DNA from: an uncultured bacterium
GTDB taxonomy: Bacteria > Planctomycetota > UBA1135 > GCA-002686595
Direction: 5' to 3'
Assembly: GCA_943787795.1 (NCBI GenBank)
Contig: CALSNU010000006.1
Location: 1 to 64,000 of the forward strand
Length of the DNA stretch: 64,000 nt
Shown here: positions 39,371 through 50,010 of the stretch, piece after piece
How the letters are laid out: each line of letters opens with the position of its first letter
How positions within the stretch are numbered: position 1 is the first letter of the stretch
Notes under the pieces: model-generated
The model's input: only the letters and a program-made list of their open reading frames with translations
Database searches by the model: none
What the model was told of the DNA's origin: nothing
Translations under genes and position numbers: made by a program

Positions 39371-42300
39371 TCAATGCTGGCCCATGACGATCGCCACGAG
39401 CTCCTCCTCGATGGGGGAGGAAGCGGGCAGATCGCCGGTGGCTTGACGTCGCTCGATCGCCTTCGCGAGCATCCACACATATCCGCCGGTCGTCCTTGAT
39501 TGTTCCCGGAGGGCGTTCCGTATCACGGCACGGTGCTCCTCTGCGTAGGCTGCCGCCGCCTCGTGGTCCCCGCGATGTCGCAGCGTGACCCACACAAGAA
39601 GGTGCGGCTCCCTGTTCCACAGGTAATCTTGGGCGTCGAGGCCAGCCGCCAGGCGGGCGCTCACGGCGAGGATGGCGGGGAGGTCCCACTTGTTCAAGGA
39701 CGCGTCCCCGTGCCCGACGGTGGCAAGGATCCTCTCCCCGAAGCGAGCAGCCTCGCCGAAGCCGGCGGTGCGGGCGATGCGAACCAGCTCGGCGGCCTGG
39801 ATCAGGCTGTCGCCGGTGGCACCCTGCCACTTGGACTCGAGGTCGGCGTTGCCCTCGATCAACCCTCTCAGCTGCTCGCTGTATCGCCTGACCTCGTCAG
39901 GTTGGCCGCTGCAGACATTGAGCTCGGTGAGGTACCAGAGGGTGGTCACCGCCGAACTCCTGCCGATGGCGTCTTCTTGCCTGAGCAGCGCCGCGAGCTG
40001 CCACGCGAACTCCTCGATGGCCTCGTCCAACCGGCCCTGATTCCGAAACGCCTCCGCCAGCCCGCGCCTTGGAATGATGGCGTCGTGGTGTTCCGGTCCG
40101 AGGGCCTCGGCGTATGCCGCCGCGACCCTGCGGTAGATCGTCTCGGCCTCTTCGCTCTCGCCAAGGGCGTTCAATGTGACCGCGATAGCCGTCTCCAGCG
40201 ACAGCATGACCGGACTGTCGGGGCGCTCCCACGGGCTGAGCCCTTCCCGCACCGCGCGGTAGTGCAGGAGAGCCTCCTCAACCTGTTGGTCGTGGAGGAG
40301 TGACTCCGCCAGGATCCACCGCGTCACGACGGTCAGCCTGGCCTCAGGGCCCAGGGTCTCCATTGCCGCGGGGTAAAGGAGGGTTGCGAGCTTCAAGCGC
40401 GTCCACTCGGTCTCACGTAGCTCGTAGAGAAGCCCCCAGTTGAGCGTGCGTGCCAGCTGCGTTCCGGCAGTCAGGGTGCGGAAGTCGTACAGCCCGTACC
40501 TGTCGCGCAGCTCGGTGAAGGTCGCCTCGATGATGTCGAAGGCCTCCGTGTAGCGGTGGCGATGGTGGAGGTAGCTGGCGAGGCTGGCGGCCAGCGACAA
40601 TCGGTCGCTGGAGGCGTCCCGCCCGGCGTCATCGCGGAGCTCCTCGATGACCTGCCTGGCCCATACCTCCACGTCTCCATGCTTGGCCTCCAGGCGCTCG
40701 ATGTCGTCCGACGCCTGGAGGGCAGAGTGTGCGTTGATGGCCTCGAGGAGGAAACGACACCGCTGGTTGGGGCTCTCCGTGCCGACGGGATCGTCGAGGT
40801 AAGCGTCGGCGAACTGCCTCGCTTCCGCACGGGCGTGGCTCAAGCGGAGCGCGTTCAGGTGCGAGAGCCGGGCCTGGACCCTGAGCTCGCGGGCCCCCTC
40901 CGCTCCGATTTCGTGCGCGGCCTCGGCCCGCGTGCAGCTCTCGCTAAAGATGCTGACGGCGGCGCTGGCGTGTCCGAGGCGCATGGCGAATTCACCCGCC
41001 GAGAAGAGCTGCCTCGCGGCGGCCATCGGGCGGAGGGTCCCCTGCTCTCGGGCGGAGGATGCCATCGCTTCGACGAGTCCCAGCGACCGGGATCGCTCGA
41101 GGGCGCCTCCGGGGGCGAGGATGGCGAGGGCGTCCTCCGCGGTGGCCAGGGTGCGATCCACGGCGAGCTGCGAGTTCATCAGCGCCCAGTTGCTTTGGAG
41201 GAGCTTGCGCTGCTTGGCTTCGAGGTTGAACCAGGAGAGCCCGGAGATGAGCACGACCGCAGCCGTGGAGAGGATCGCCATGGTCGCCACCGGGCGCCTG
41301 CGGACGAGCTTCGCGAGCCTCCGCAGCGGACTGGCCGGGCGGGCCTTGATGGGACGGTGGCTGAGGAAGTGGTCCAGGTCCTCCGCGAAGGCGGCTGCGT
41401 CGGGGTAGCGGCGGTCGGGGTCCTTCTCGAGGGCGTGCAGGCAGACGGTCTCAAGGTCCCTTGGGATCTCCGGGCGGACCTGCCGTGGGGCGGGCGGGTC
41501 GAGGTGGAGGATCTGGTCGTTGACGGCCTGGGTCGAGCTGGCGTCGAAGGGCCGGCGCCCCACCAGCAGCTCGTACATCGTGACGCCGAGGCTGAACACG
41601 TCGGACCTGGTGTCAAGGTGCTCCGTCTCTCTCACCTGTTCGGGTGATCGGTAGAACGGCGTGCCGGCCCCGCTCCGGGACGTCATCAGGGAGTCCTTGA
41701 CGGCGAGCGTCGCGAGGCCGAGGTCTGCGATGATCGGGTCTCCCGACGGGCGAATCAGGATGTTGGCGGGCTTGAGGTCCCGGTGGATGATGCCCGCCGA
41801 GTGCAGCTCCTCCAGACCGCGGGCAATCTGCTGGAGGAAAGCGAGCGGCCGTGCGGTTGGCGAGCTGGGGGAGCGCCTTGCGCTCCTCCGCCAGGAGATC
41901 CGTGAGGGTGCGGCCGTCCTCCACGTACTCTGTCACGATGAAGTGCACACCGCGGTGGAAGCCCACGTCGTGGAGGGCCAGGACGGCGGGGTGGGCGATG
42001 CGCCCTGCGATGGTCGATTCGCGCTTGAAGCGAGTCAGCTGCCGCTCGGAGAGGCCGAGCTCGGGGAGGAGTACCTTGACGGCGACCTGGCGCTGGATGG
42101 ACTCGTCGAGCGCGCGCCAGACCGTGCTGGTGCTCCCCCGACCGATCACCTCGACGAGCCGGTAGCGGCCCGAGGAGGGCGCCCGCCGTGGGCAGCGCTC
42201 CGAGGGCCTCGCGGTGCCTTCGCAGGCGGTGGACATCCTCGAGCATCTCCTCCAGGAGCTTGCGTGCCTCGGGGTCGAGCCTCCGGAGCTCCTCGGCTGG

Positions 42301-42432
42301 CCCCAGTTGCCCTGTCTCCTGCTCCAGCTTCAGGATCGCGTCGAGGGCCGCGGCGGCGCGCTGGGCAGCCACGGATTCTCGGCGGTTCTCTCCCTCGCTA
42401 TCTCCTGAGGGAGGGTCCGTCACCCCGCTCAT
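39371..42432 (-). CDS. Ser/Thr protein kinase + TM + TPR-like repeats; two apparent +1 frameshifts (about 42169-42171 and 41838-41840)
   Basis: Spread over three frames: YRLVEVIGRGSTSTVW, VAVK, HRDLKPANIL, DLGLA, GTPFYRSPEQ, SDVFSLG, RRY, then a TM helix and helical repeats (LGPEHHD). Confidence 0.85.
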
Positions 42433-43154
42433 GATCTCGCTTCTCCAGGGCCTCTTGCGCTCTGGAGCGCCTTCTCGAACGCGGCCCGAGCGCGATGGAG
42501 ACGTTGCCGGAGCGCGTCCGAGGTGACGCCCAGTTCACTCGTCAGGTCGACGCGAGCCTCGCCATCGATCATGGCGCGGATGAGTCGGCGGTCGCCGCCC
42601 GCAAGACTCAGGATCGCCCTGGAGATCAGGGCCTCGGACTCCGTTTGGATGAGCTCGTTCAGGGGAGTCGTCGGCGTCTCGCCTGGGTCCCCGGCCAGCG
42701 AGAGCTCGTCCAGCTCTCCGGGCAGGGAGTGGGGCACCGGGCCCAGGCTCTTCATGCGGTCCAGTCGCTTCCATCGCAGGCGTTGCTGGATCAGCGAGAG
42801 GAACTGGGCCCTCGAGTTGAAGTACAGCGACTCGAAGCCGGGCAAGAGGTCCCCAACAATCGACTGCATCAGGTCGGTCTCACCCTTTTGGGGCATTCGT
42901 TCCTGAGTCGCCTGAACGCCGGGGGTGGCGAGGCCATAGAGCAGACCCCGGAAATAGGAGAGGAATTCGCCCTGTATCTCCCGGTCCCTCTTGCTCACCT
43001 CGAAGGCGATCTGGAGCAAGGCGTCCAGCTCGTCGGCGCCGCCCGCGCGCGCCGCGTCGAATGCCGAGGCGTACTCCCAATCTGCGAGGATCGCTGCGCT
43101 TTCTGGGCCCAGTTCGCGCTGCGCGAGGGCTCGAAGCTGATCGGGGCTGGTCAT
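42429..43154 (-). CDS. ECF-type RNA polymerase sigma factor
   Basis: Region-2-like DLMQSIV...FLSLIQQRLRWKRLD and region-4 ELGVTSDALRQRLHRAR; ATGA overlap with the kinase gene. Confidence 0.65.
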   Translation of the reverse strand: MTSPDQLRALAQRELGPESAAILADWEYASAFDAARAGGADELDALLQIAFEVSKRDREIQGEFLSYFRGLLYGLATPGVQATQERMPQKGETDLMQSIVGDLLPGFESLYFNSRAQFLSLIQQRLRWKRLDRMKSLGPVPHSLPGELDELSLAGDPGETPTTPLNELIQTESEALISRAILSLAGGDRRLIRAMIDGEARVDLTSELGVTSDALRQRLHRARAAFEKALQSARGPGEARS

Positions 43155-43438
43155 CTGGGTGGCGAGGCACTCGGCGGGACGGGGAGATGGTGCTCGCCCC
43201 GAGCGCGGCGGGGGATCTTCCCGGAACCCCACCGCCCAAAGGGGCGAGCGCGGGGGCAGGCAGGTCAGTGCAGGCAGTGCAGGCAGAACCCTCTTGAGCA
43301 CAGGAAACCGGCCCCCGGTAGGGAAAGAGCAGCGGGGGCGTCAACGTGACCACAGAACGCGCAGAAACTTGGGCCGCCGCGGGGGTCGGTGTCCACCTCG
43401 GCGCCCCGCCGGCGGAGGATCCCACGTCCTGTGGGGCC

Positions 43439-44725
43439 TTAGACCTCCTGGAGAGGCCCATTGCTGTCCCCGAACGAGGTGGGAGCGCCGTCGATCGCCG
43501 CGAGCAAGCTCGCGTACAGGTTGCAGAGCGGCGTCGGTCGAGGCTGTCGAACGTGACGGCCTCCGCGCCAGGGCCCGCCTGCGATGACCAGCGGGAGGTC
43601 GTCGGGTTGATGTCGGTTCCCGTCGGCGAGCCCGGATCCGAACTGGACCACCGTTCGATCGAGGAGCGTCCCTTCGCCTTCGGCGTGGCTGGAGAGGCGG
43701 CGGACAAGGTACGCGGCCTGCTCGGCGTGCCAGCGATTGATCCGGGCGTACTGGTCCATGCGGTCCGGCTTGCGCTCGTGATGGGAGAGGGCGTGGTGCC
43801 CGCCCTCGACCCCCTCAAGAAACGAGAAGCTCTGTCCGGAAACCGAGTTCCCGAACATGAGCGAAGCGACCCGCGTGCTGTCCGTACGCAGCGCCTCGTA
43901 GATGATGTCGAGCATCAGCCGGACCCGCTCAGGGAAGCCCGGGAGGGCGTCCTGGGAGGGCCTGAGCCCCTGGGGGGCCTCGAGGGCCGCGCGCTCGGCG
44001 GCGGCCAGGCTCCCGAGTCGTGCCTCGAGGTCTCGGACGCTCTCCAGGTACTCCTCCAGCTTCGCTCGATCCGCCCCGCCGAGACGGCGCCGGAGCCCGC
44101 GGGCCTCCTCGAGCACCAGGTCGAGGGCCCCGGGCTCCGCCGCGGCGTTGACGGCTCCGCTCCAGCGGGTCAGCCGTGCGTAGGCTCGGCGGGGGTCGAT
44201 CTCTCGCGGCGCGGGCTGGGTCGGGCTCCGCCATGAGATGTTCGCGCCATAGACCGTGCTGTAGCCCATGTCGACCCGGTTGCGCACCGGCTCGATACCG
44301 AGGACAAGGGAGTGGATCGGGGTCTGGCCCGCGTGGCGGGCTGCGATCACCTGGTCGATGGAGGTCCCCACCCGCAGGTCCCGGCCCCCGGTCCGGTGCA
44401 CGGGGGCGCCGGAGAGCCAGGCCGTCGTCTTGACGTAGTGCCCCTCGCCGGCTCGGCTCGCGCGATGGAGCAGGTTGCCGAGGACCAGCACCTGGTCTCG
44501 ATGGGGAGCGAAGGGAGCGAGCGTCGGCGACCACTGGAAGTCGGCGCCGGTGCCCTCGGGGCGCCAGGCCGCGGGCAGCATGCCGTTGGGGGCGAAGAGG
44601 GCCACGTAGCGCAGCGGCGCGAGCTCGCGGGAGGGCGCCATGGCCTCCAGGAGCGGGAGGGCCAGCGCGGCGCCCGTTCCCCGCAGGAGGGCGCGTCGAG
44701 GGATCGGGGTTCGGAGGGGCCTCAT
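43439..44725 (-). CDS. DUF1552 domain protein with Tat signal
   Basis: PRRALLRGTGAALALPLLEAM, PNG, SIDQVIA, HHALSHH, EGEGTLLD, GNRH. Confidence 0.9.
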   Translation of the reverse strand: MRPLRTPIPRRALLRGTGAALALPLLEAMAPSRELAPLRYVALFAPNGMLPAAWRPEGTGADFQWSPTLAPFAPHRDQVLVLGNLLHRASRAGEGHYVKTTAWLSGAPVHRTGGRDLRVGTSIDQVIAARHAGQTPIHSLVLGIEPVRNRVDMGYSTVYGANISWRSPTQPAPREIDPRRAYARLTRWSGAVNAAAEPGALDLVLEEARGLRRRLGGADRAKLEEYLESVRDLEARLGSLAAAERAALEAPQGLRPSQDALPGFPERVRLMLDIIYEALRTDSTRVASLMFGNSVSGQSFSFLEGVEGGHHALSHHERKPDRMDQYARINRWHAEQAAYLVRRLSSHAEGEGTLLDRTVVQFGSGLADGNRHQPDDLPLVIAGGPWRGGRHVRQPRPTPLCNLYASLLAAIDGAPTSFGDSNGPLQEV

Positions 44726-46554
44726 GGGTTCCGACGGGACGTGAACGCCGGGCTCCCGACGATACCTCGGATGAGTGAGGAGAAGCGATAATCGTCCCCG
44801 GCGGCCTTCAGGAGAGCCGCTCGCAGGTGTTGATCGTCGGCCAGCCCTGGAGGTCGCCCGACGGCGTAGGTGAACAGGGCGTGCTGGAGGGCGACAAGGA
44901 ACCGGTGTGGGTCCTGTCGGAGGGCGATCTTGAGACCCACGGGGCCGTCGACCTCCGCGCCCGAGGGGAGGGTCACGCGCGTCTGGATCGGCGGCTCATC
45001 GGGGCGCCCGGCGCGCCAGCGGCCGATGCCGTCGAAGGCCTCGAGGGCCAGACCGTAGGGGTCGAAGAGCGCGTGGCAGCCGGCGCAGGCGGGCTTGTCG
45101 CGGTGCGCCTCCAGCCGCTCGCGCAGCCCCAATCCATCCTTCTGGCGGTCGTCCTCGGGCAGGACGCCGGCCTCCGGCGGAGGCGGCGGCGCTGCCCGTC
45201 CCAGCAGCCGCTCCATGACCCACTGTCCCCTCTGGACGGGGCTGGTTCTCAGGGGCGTCGAGGTGACCGTGAGGATGGCGCCCATGCCCAGGACACCTCC
45301 TCGGCGACGGTCCGACAGCGGGGTCCGGCGGAGCTCGTTGTGTCCCACCGGCGGGAGGCCGTAGTGCGCCGCGAGGCGGTCGTTCAGGAAGGCGTGGTCA
45401 GAGTCGAGCACCTCAAGCACGCTGCGGTCCTCGAGGATCAGGTCCGTGAAGAAGGCCTCGGCCTCGCGGCGCAGGTCACGGCGAAGGGCCGGCTTGAAGG
45501 CCCGGAACCTGCGGACGTCGGGGGTCACGTCCTCGAGTTCGCGGAAGCCGAGCCACTGCGCGGCGAAGTCCTCGGCGAGCCAGCGGGACCGTGGGTCGCC
45601 CAGCATCCTGGCGGCGGCGGCACGCGCGGCGGCCGCTCCCTGCAGGGCCCCGGAAGCGGCCTCCTCCTTCAGGCCATCGTCCGGGAGGGTGCCCCACAGG
45701 AAGAGCGCGAGTCGACTCGCGAGCTCGTACCCTTCCAGGGGCCAGGGGTCGAGGAGTCCTGGCCGGTCGTCCTCGAGGCGATAGATGAACGACGGAGCCA
45801 GCAAGATAGAGCGCAGGGCCTCTTCCATAGCCGCGTCCACGTCCTCGCCTTGGGCCAGCGCGCGCTCGACGAGCTCCGCCCTCGCGGACACCTCCGCGTC
45901 CGTGGCCGGGCGGCGAAAGGCACGTCCCGCCAACTCGCGGATCGCCGCAGCTCGGTCCATCTCCGTCGATAGGTCTGCGCCTCGGAGGGGGTCCACGCCC
46001 TCGGCGCGGAGTTGGTCGAGGATGGCCTCGACGAACTCAACCCAGCGCTCGAGGTCGAGAGGACCGAGGAAGTGCGCGTCGCCGGTGGTGTCGAAGCCGT
46101 AGGCAGACGCCTCGCGGGGTAGGAACCGGCCCACCTCGAGCTCCACACCCAACAGGTCACGGAGCACGCCGCGCAGCTGGGACCGCGTCAGGCGGCGGAG
46201 GGTCGGGCGTCCCGGGTCGCCGGGCTCCAGCCCTAGCCACGTCTGAACGCCCGCGCGGAGCAACGCATGCTCGTCGGGGTCGAGCGGCTCCTCCGGCGGC
46301 ATCTCCCCCGCCTCGACCCGGCGCACGGCGCGGGTCAGGGTCCCGGTGTGCTGGGTCGGGTTCGCCAGGGCCGCGAGGAGGTCAAGGCCGCCCTCGGACC
46401 GCGAGCCCTCATGGCACTCGAGGCACGTGAGCTCGATGAGGTCCCGCGCCCCTTGGGGCATCGGAGCCGGCTCAACCTCGGAGTCCTGGGCACTGGCCCA
46501 GGCACCGGCTGCGGGCCCCATGACGAGGAGCGCGAGGAGCTGTAGCGAGGCCAT
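44722..46554 (-). CDS. DUF1592/1588/1595/1587/1585 heme-motif protein
   Basis: CLECH, RRLT, AFRRP, ELASRLALFLW...PD, FAAQWL, RRGGVLG, TSPVQRG, CAGCH. Confidence 0.9.
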   Translation of the reverse strand: MASLQLLALLVMGPAAGAWASAQDSEVEPAPMPQGARDLIELTCLECHEGSRSEGGLDLLAALANPTQHTGTLTRAVRRVEAGEMPPEEPLDPDEHALLRAGVQTWLGLEPGDPGRPTLRRLTRSQLRGVLRDLLGVELEVGRFLPREASAYGFDTTGDAHFLGPLDLERWVEFVEAILDQLRAEGVDPLRGADLSTEMDRAAAIRELAGRAFRRPATDAEVSARAELVERALAQGEDVDAAMEEALRSILLAPSFIYRLEDDRPGLLDPWPLEGYELASRLALFLWGTLPDDGLKEEAASGALQGAAAARAAAARMLGDPRSRWLAEDFAAQWLGFRELEDVTPDVRRFRAFKPALRRDLRREAEAFFTDLILEDRSVLEVLDSDHAFLNDRLAAHYGLPPVGHNELRRTPLSDRRRGGVLGMGAILTVTSTPLRTSPVQRGQWVMERLLGRAAPPPPPEAGVLPEDDRQKDGLGLRERLEAHRDKPACAGCHALFDPYGLALEAFDGIGRWRAGRPDEPPIQTRVTLPSGAEVDGPVGLKIALRQDPHRFLVALQHALFTYAVGRPPGLADDQHLRAALLKAAGDDYRFSSLIRGIVGSPAFTSRRNP

Positions 46555-46615
46555 GACGGATGGTAACCGACGCCAACGATCACGCGGCCGACGGCCCGCT
46601 AGAGCGCTGAGCAGC

Positions 46616-46861
46616 TCAGTCCGTCGGCTCCGTCAGCGTGGAGAGCCCGAAGTCCGATTCGAGGTCCAGCATGTCGTGGAGCTTGAGGCGGATCTCAGCG
46701 TATTCCTCATCGGTCAGGGCGCCCGCCTCGTGAGCTGCCTGGAGGTCCATGAGCTCCTGGCCGAGGGTGATGTGGCGGTTGATCGTGATGTCGGCTCGGT
46801 TCCCGACGGCGCAGGCGGGGAGGAGCAGGAGGAGGAGTGCGGCGGTGGAGGTGCGGAGCAT
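46616..46861 (-). CDS. Small SHOCT-domain lipoprotein
   Basis: LLLLLPAC lipobox; TLGQELMDLQAAHEAGALTDEEYAEIR fits the SHOCT pattern. Confidence 0.8.
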   Translation of the reverse strand: MLRTSTAALLLLLLPACAVGNRADITINRHITLGQELMDLQAAHEAGALTDEEYAEIRLKLHDMLDLESDFGLSTLTEPTD

Positions 46862-46911
46862 GGTCGTGTTGCCTGGGAAGAGGGAATGTGGGGACGGGCG
46901 AGGCCCGGGTG

Positions 46912-47811
46912 TCACTCGGCCGGCGGGATCAACTTCGGCGTCGTGCGCGGCCAGAGCCTCGCGGTCTCGTCCGGGGCCTTGAGCTTGCCTTCCGGATCCA
47001 CATGGTGGGCTGAGACGAAGAGGGCCAGCGAGGACCCGGGCTCGTTCGCCGGGGCGACGAGTAGGAGTTGGCGATCCTCCGTCAGGAGTCCCTCTGTCGT
47101 CACCCGCTGGAGCAGTGTCACCGGCTGCTGGAGGGTCACCGGAGTCTGGCTCCCCGGCAGGGTGACCTCGCGTTCGGAGGACTCGAGCCGGACGTCGGCG
47201 TAGTTGGCGAGCACGGTGACGCCCATGGCCTGGCTCACGGGGGCCGCCGACAGCTCAACCTCGAAGCCCTCGGTAGCGACTCCAACCACTGGGTCGGCGA
47301 GGAGGGCCGAACCCGAGTCGACCACCTTGAAGGACTCGATGAAGGCCACCTGGTCGGCGACCATGAGGGAGCCCTTGGCCCCGGGGTGGAGCATGAGCTT
47401 GGGGGCGCTCACCAGATCCCCTTGGGTTCGGGCAAGGAAGGCGGGGACCTCGCCGGATGGGACCTCCAGAGCGAAGGTCCGTCCCTCCCTGCCGGTCCAT
47501 CGGGCCAACTCTGCGTTGGAGCACTGGAGGATCTTGCACTCGAGGAGGACCATGCCTTGAACAACGGGGTCGTCCGAGGTCTCCGGCTCGTCCGAGGTCA
47601 CCGGCTCGTTGAAGGTCACCGGCTCAGCCCTCTCGAGGGGTGCACCGTCCTCCGCGTTGCCTTGGGCCTTCCAGATGCCCGAGTAAGCGTTGGCCTCGTA
47701 GGTCACAGGCCAGGTCTGGGAGTCGGAGAGAGGGAGGGCGGACGGAGCGGCGGCCTGGCAGCCGACCGCGAGCGCGGGGAGTACGAGGCCGGCTATGTGG
47801 AAGCGTGACAT
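46912..47811 (-). CDS. Lipoprotein with a secretin-like C-terminal domain
   Basis: LAVGC lipobox; VLLECKIL, LVSAPKLMLHPGAKGSLMV, DPVVGVATEGFEVELSA, QPVTLLQRVTT resemble the secretin core strands. Confidence 0.55.
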   Translation of the reverse strand: MSRFHIAGLVLPALAVGCQAAAPSALPLSDSQTWPVTYEANAYSGIWKAQGNAEDGAPLERAEPVTFNEPVTSDEPETSDDPVVQGMVLLECKILQCSNAELARWTGREGRTFALEVPSGEVPAFLARTQGDLVSAPKLMLHPGAKGSLMVADQVAFIESFKVVDSGSALLADPVVGVATEGFEVELSAAPVSQAMGVTVLANYADVRLESSEREVTLPGSQTPVTLQQPVTLLQRVTTEGLLTEDRQLLLVAPANEPGSSLALFVSAHHVDPEGKLKAPDETARLWPRTTPKLIPPAE

Positions 47812-47854
47812 CAGGGGCGAGGGCTGGGGTTGGGGGTGGCAGCCTGATGCCGCC

Positions 47855-49951
47855 CTAGGGGAGGTCGAGGATACCTGTACGCTCCGAGTTCCTGAGGGTT
47901 TCGATCTCCACTCCGTAATTGACGTCCAGGCCGAGCCGCACGTTCCAGGGGACCTCGTCCTTGTCGCAAGCGACGCCGAGGGCGGTGGCGGGCTGCGCGT
48001 GGCCGGACCCGAGGCGCGCGAGGAGGCTCGCGACGCCCGAGCGGTGACCGGCGCGCCCGACGGCGAGGGCCAGCGTGGCGCCATCGGAGGTTGACGACGC
48101 GGCGTCGAGGAGGGAGGCCATCCGGATGAGCTTGCGCGGCGGGGCAATGAGCGCGAGGGCGGCGCCGAGTTGATCAGCGAGCCCGGCGTCACGGTGGCCC
48201 TGCTCGAGAGCCTCGAGCAGGGGGTCGACGGCGCCCGCTGCGCCCATGAGCCCGAGGCCGATGGCGATGTGGCCCCTGGCACGCGCCTCGGAGGTCCCCT
48301 TGAGCTTCTTCAGGAGCAGGGGGCTCGACGGAGCCGCGTGCATCATGCCAAGGGCAAGGGAGATGGCGCCGACGTCGTCGGGGCTCGTGCTTCGACCGAG
48401 GGCGCCCTCGAGCCTGCGCCGGGCGAGTGGGCTGAGGCTCCGTGAGCCCTGCTGTGCGCCTTGGCCGAGGACGCCGAGGGCGAGGGCGGCCCAGTGGGTC
48501 TCTCGACGCGTTCCGCTCACGAGGTGATCGAGGAGCAGACGCTCGGCGGGTTCGAGGTAGGCGAAGGGGAACGGCCCGCCACCCGGCCGGCCAGCCTGGC
48601 GCGCGAGGGCGATCAGGGCAAACCGTCGGGTCAGCTCGTGGGGCGAGCGAGCGCATGCGCTGGCCAAGGCGGCGTGGGTGCGAGCGTTCAGGCCTTCGAG
48701 GGTGGAGCCCTGGCCGCCCGACGTGGCGAGCCGGCCCAGGGCGATGAGGATCGACTGGCGAACCAGCTCGGAGTCCTCGCTTGTCCCCTTCTCCAGGAGG
48801 TTCAGCAGGAGTGAGCCCGTCTCGGCAACCTCGTGCTGCGCCAGCGGACCGCCGGGCGCTTCAGTCAGGAGCCGGGCCAGGGCGGTAGGAATCTGGGCCC
48901 GGGCGTGGGACTGCCTCGTCCGACCGACCCGGCGCCCGTCCCCCTCCAGCGAGCCCCGGAGCCTGCGGAGGAGTTCGGGCCGGGTGAGGCCCGGCTGTGC
49001 GGACGTGGACCGCCACGGAAGACGAGTGAGTCCGAGGCTGGTGATGGCAGCGGCCACAACATCAGGTCGCGCCTCGTCGTCCGCGTCGACCAGGACAAGG
49101 AGCGACCCCGCGATCCTCCGTTGAAGCTCGGGGTCGATGGAGCGCGCCGCGATGAGACCGAGGCCATAGATCGCGAAGGCGCGCAGGCGAACCGGGACGG
49201 TGGAGCGGCCGCAGAGCCGGTGCCCCAGCTCGGAGTTCCACGCGAGGGCCATGAGCGGCTCGGCCCCCCTGTCCTCACCCAGGATCCCGAGCGCCAGAGC
49301 GGCGGATTCGGCCACGGGCAGCGACGGGTGTGGGAGGAACGCCCTCAGCTCGGGGAGCAAGGGCTCGCCGGCTCGAGCGCTCCCGAGCTTGGCGAGGGCC
49401 ATCAGGCTCGCCGAGAGCTCCGCTGAGCTCGGGCTCCCGTGAACGACCCGGAGCAGGGCCGGCGCCACGGCGGCGCGCACGATGCTCGTGGGAATCCTCG
49501 TCCCTTGCGGAGTGACGCGGCCCTGTCCACGCCCGAGGAAGAACTCATCGCCACCACGGTGCATCGCAGCCGGCCCGTACGGCGCTGCGGCGGCGATGAC
49601 GCTGGGCCCGTTGAAACGCCACCACTGAATCCACCTCTGCATGTCCTCCGTGCTGCGGGGAGCGGGGCCAAAAAAAGGCGAGGGTCCAGCAGTCGGCGGG
49701 GCCAGCTCCGGCGTCCTCGGCTTCGGGGACCCGAAGTTGGGCAGCGCGGGCTCGGGCGCCACGGGCGGCGGCGCCGTGTCCGCTGGTCCTGGGGCATCGG
49801 GTGGGACGGTGTCGCCGGCGTTGGCGCGGCTTCCAAAGGTGCAGCCGCCCACGGACTGAGGGGGCGAGGAGGCGCCTGCATCGGCGCAGAGGCACAGGAG
49901 CAGGGCGATACTGAGGGTCGTCCGTGGGCTCGGGCAGGCGATCAAGGTCAT
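47855..49951 (-). CDS. Secreted HEAT-repeat protein
   Basis: Signal-like N-terminus, Pro-rich linker, repeated helical motifs (AALALGILG, AIYGLG, ALGRL, IGLGLMG). Confidence 0.75.
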   Translation of the reverse strand: MTLIACPSPRTTLSIALLLCLCADAGASSPPQSVGGCTFGSRANAGDTVPPDAPGPADTAPPPVAPEPALPNFGSPKPRTPELAPPTAGPSPFFGPAPRSTEDMQRWIQWWRFNGPSVIAAAAPYGPAAMHRGGDEFFLGRGQGRVTPQGTRIPTSIVRAAVAPALLRVVHGSPSSAELSASLMALAKLGSARAGEPLLPELRAFLPHPSLPVAESAALALGILGEDRGAEPLMALAWNSELGHRLCGRSTVPVRLRAFAIYGLGLIAARSIDPELQRRIAGSLLVLVDADDEARPDVVAAAITSLGLTRLPWRSTSAQPGLTRPELLRRLRGSLEGDGRRVGRTRQSHARAQIPTALARLLTEAPGGPLAQHEVAETGSLLLNLLEKGTSEDSELVRQSILIALGRLATSGGQGSTLEGLNARTHAALASACARSPHELTRRFALIALARQAGRPGGGPFPFAYLEPAERLLLDHLVSGTRRETHWAALALGVLGQGAQQGSRSLSPLARRRLEGALGRSTSPDDVGAISLALGMMHAAPSSPLLLKKLKGTSEARARGHIAIGLGLMGAAGAVDPLLEALEQGHRDAGLADQLGAALALIAPPRKLIRMASLLDAASSTSDGATLALAVGRAGHRSGVASLLARLGSGHAQPATALGVACDKDEVPWNVRLGLDVNYGVEIETLRNSERTGILDLP

Positions 49952-50010
49952 GGCAAGGGTGCGGTACGAGGGCGGCGGGCAGGGGGCTGCTCCGCGGGGC
50001 ACTCGTAGAT

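Noticed and set aside
49670..49676. A7 run in the HEAT gene as a possible frameshift or phase-variation site
   Set aside because: The reading frame is continuous and plausible on both sides.
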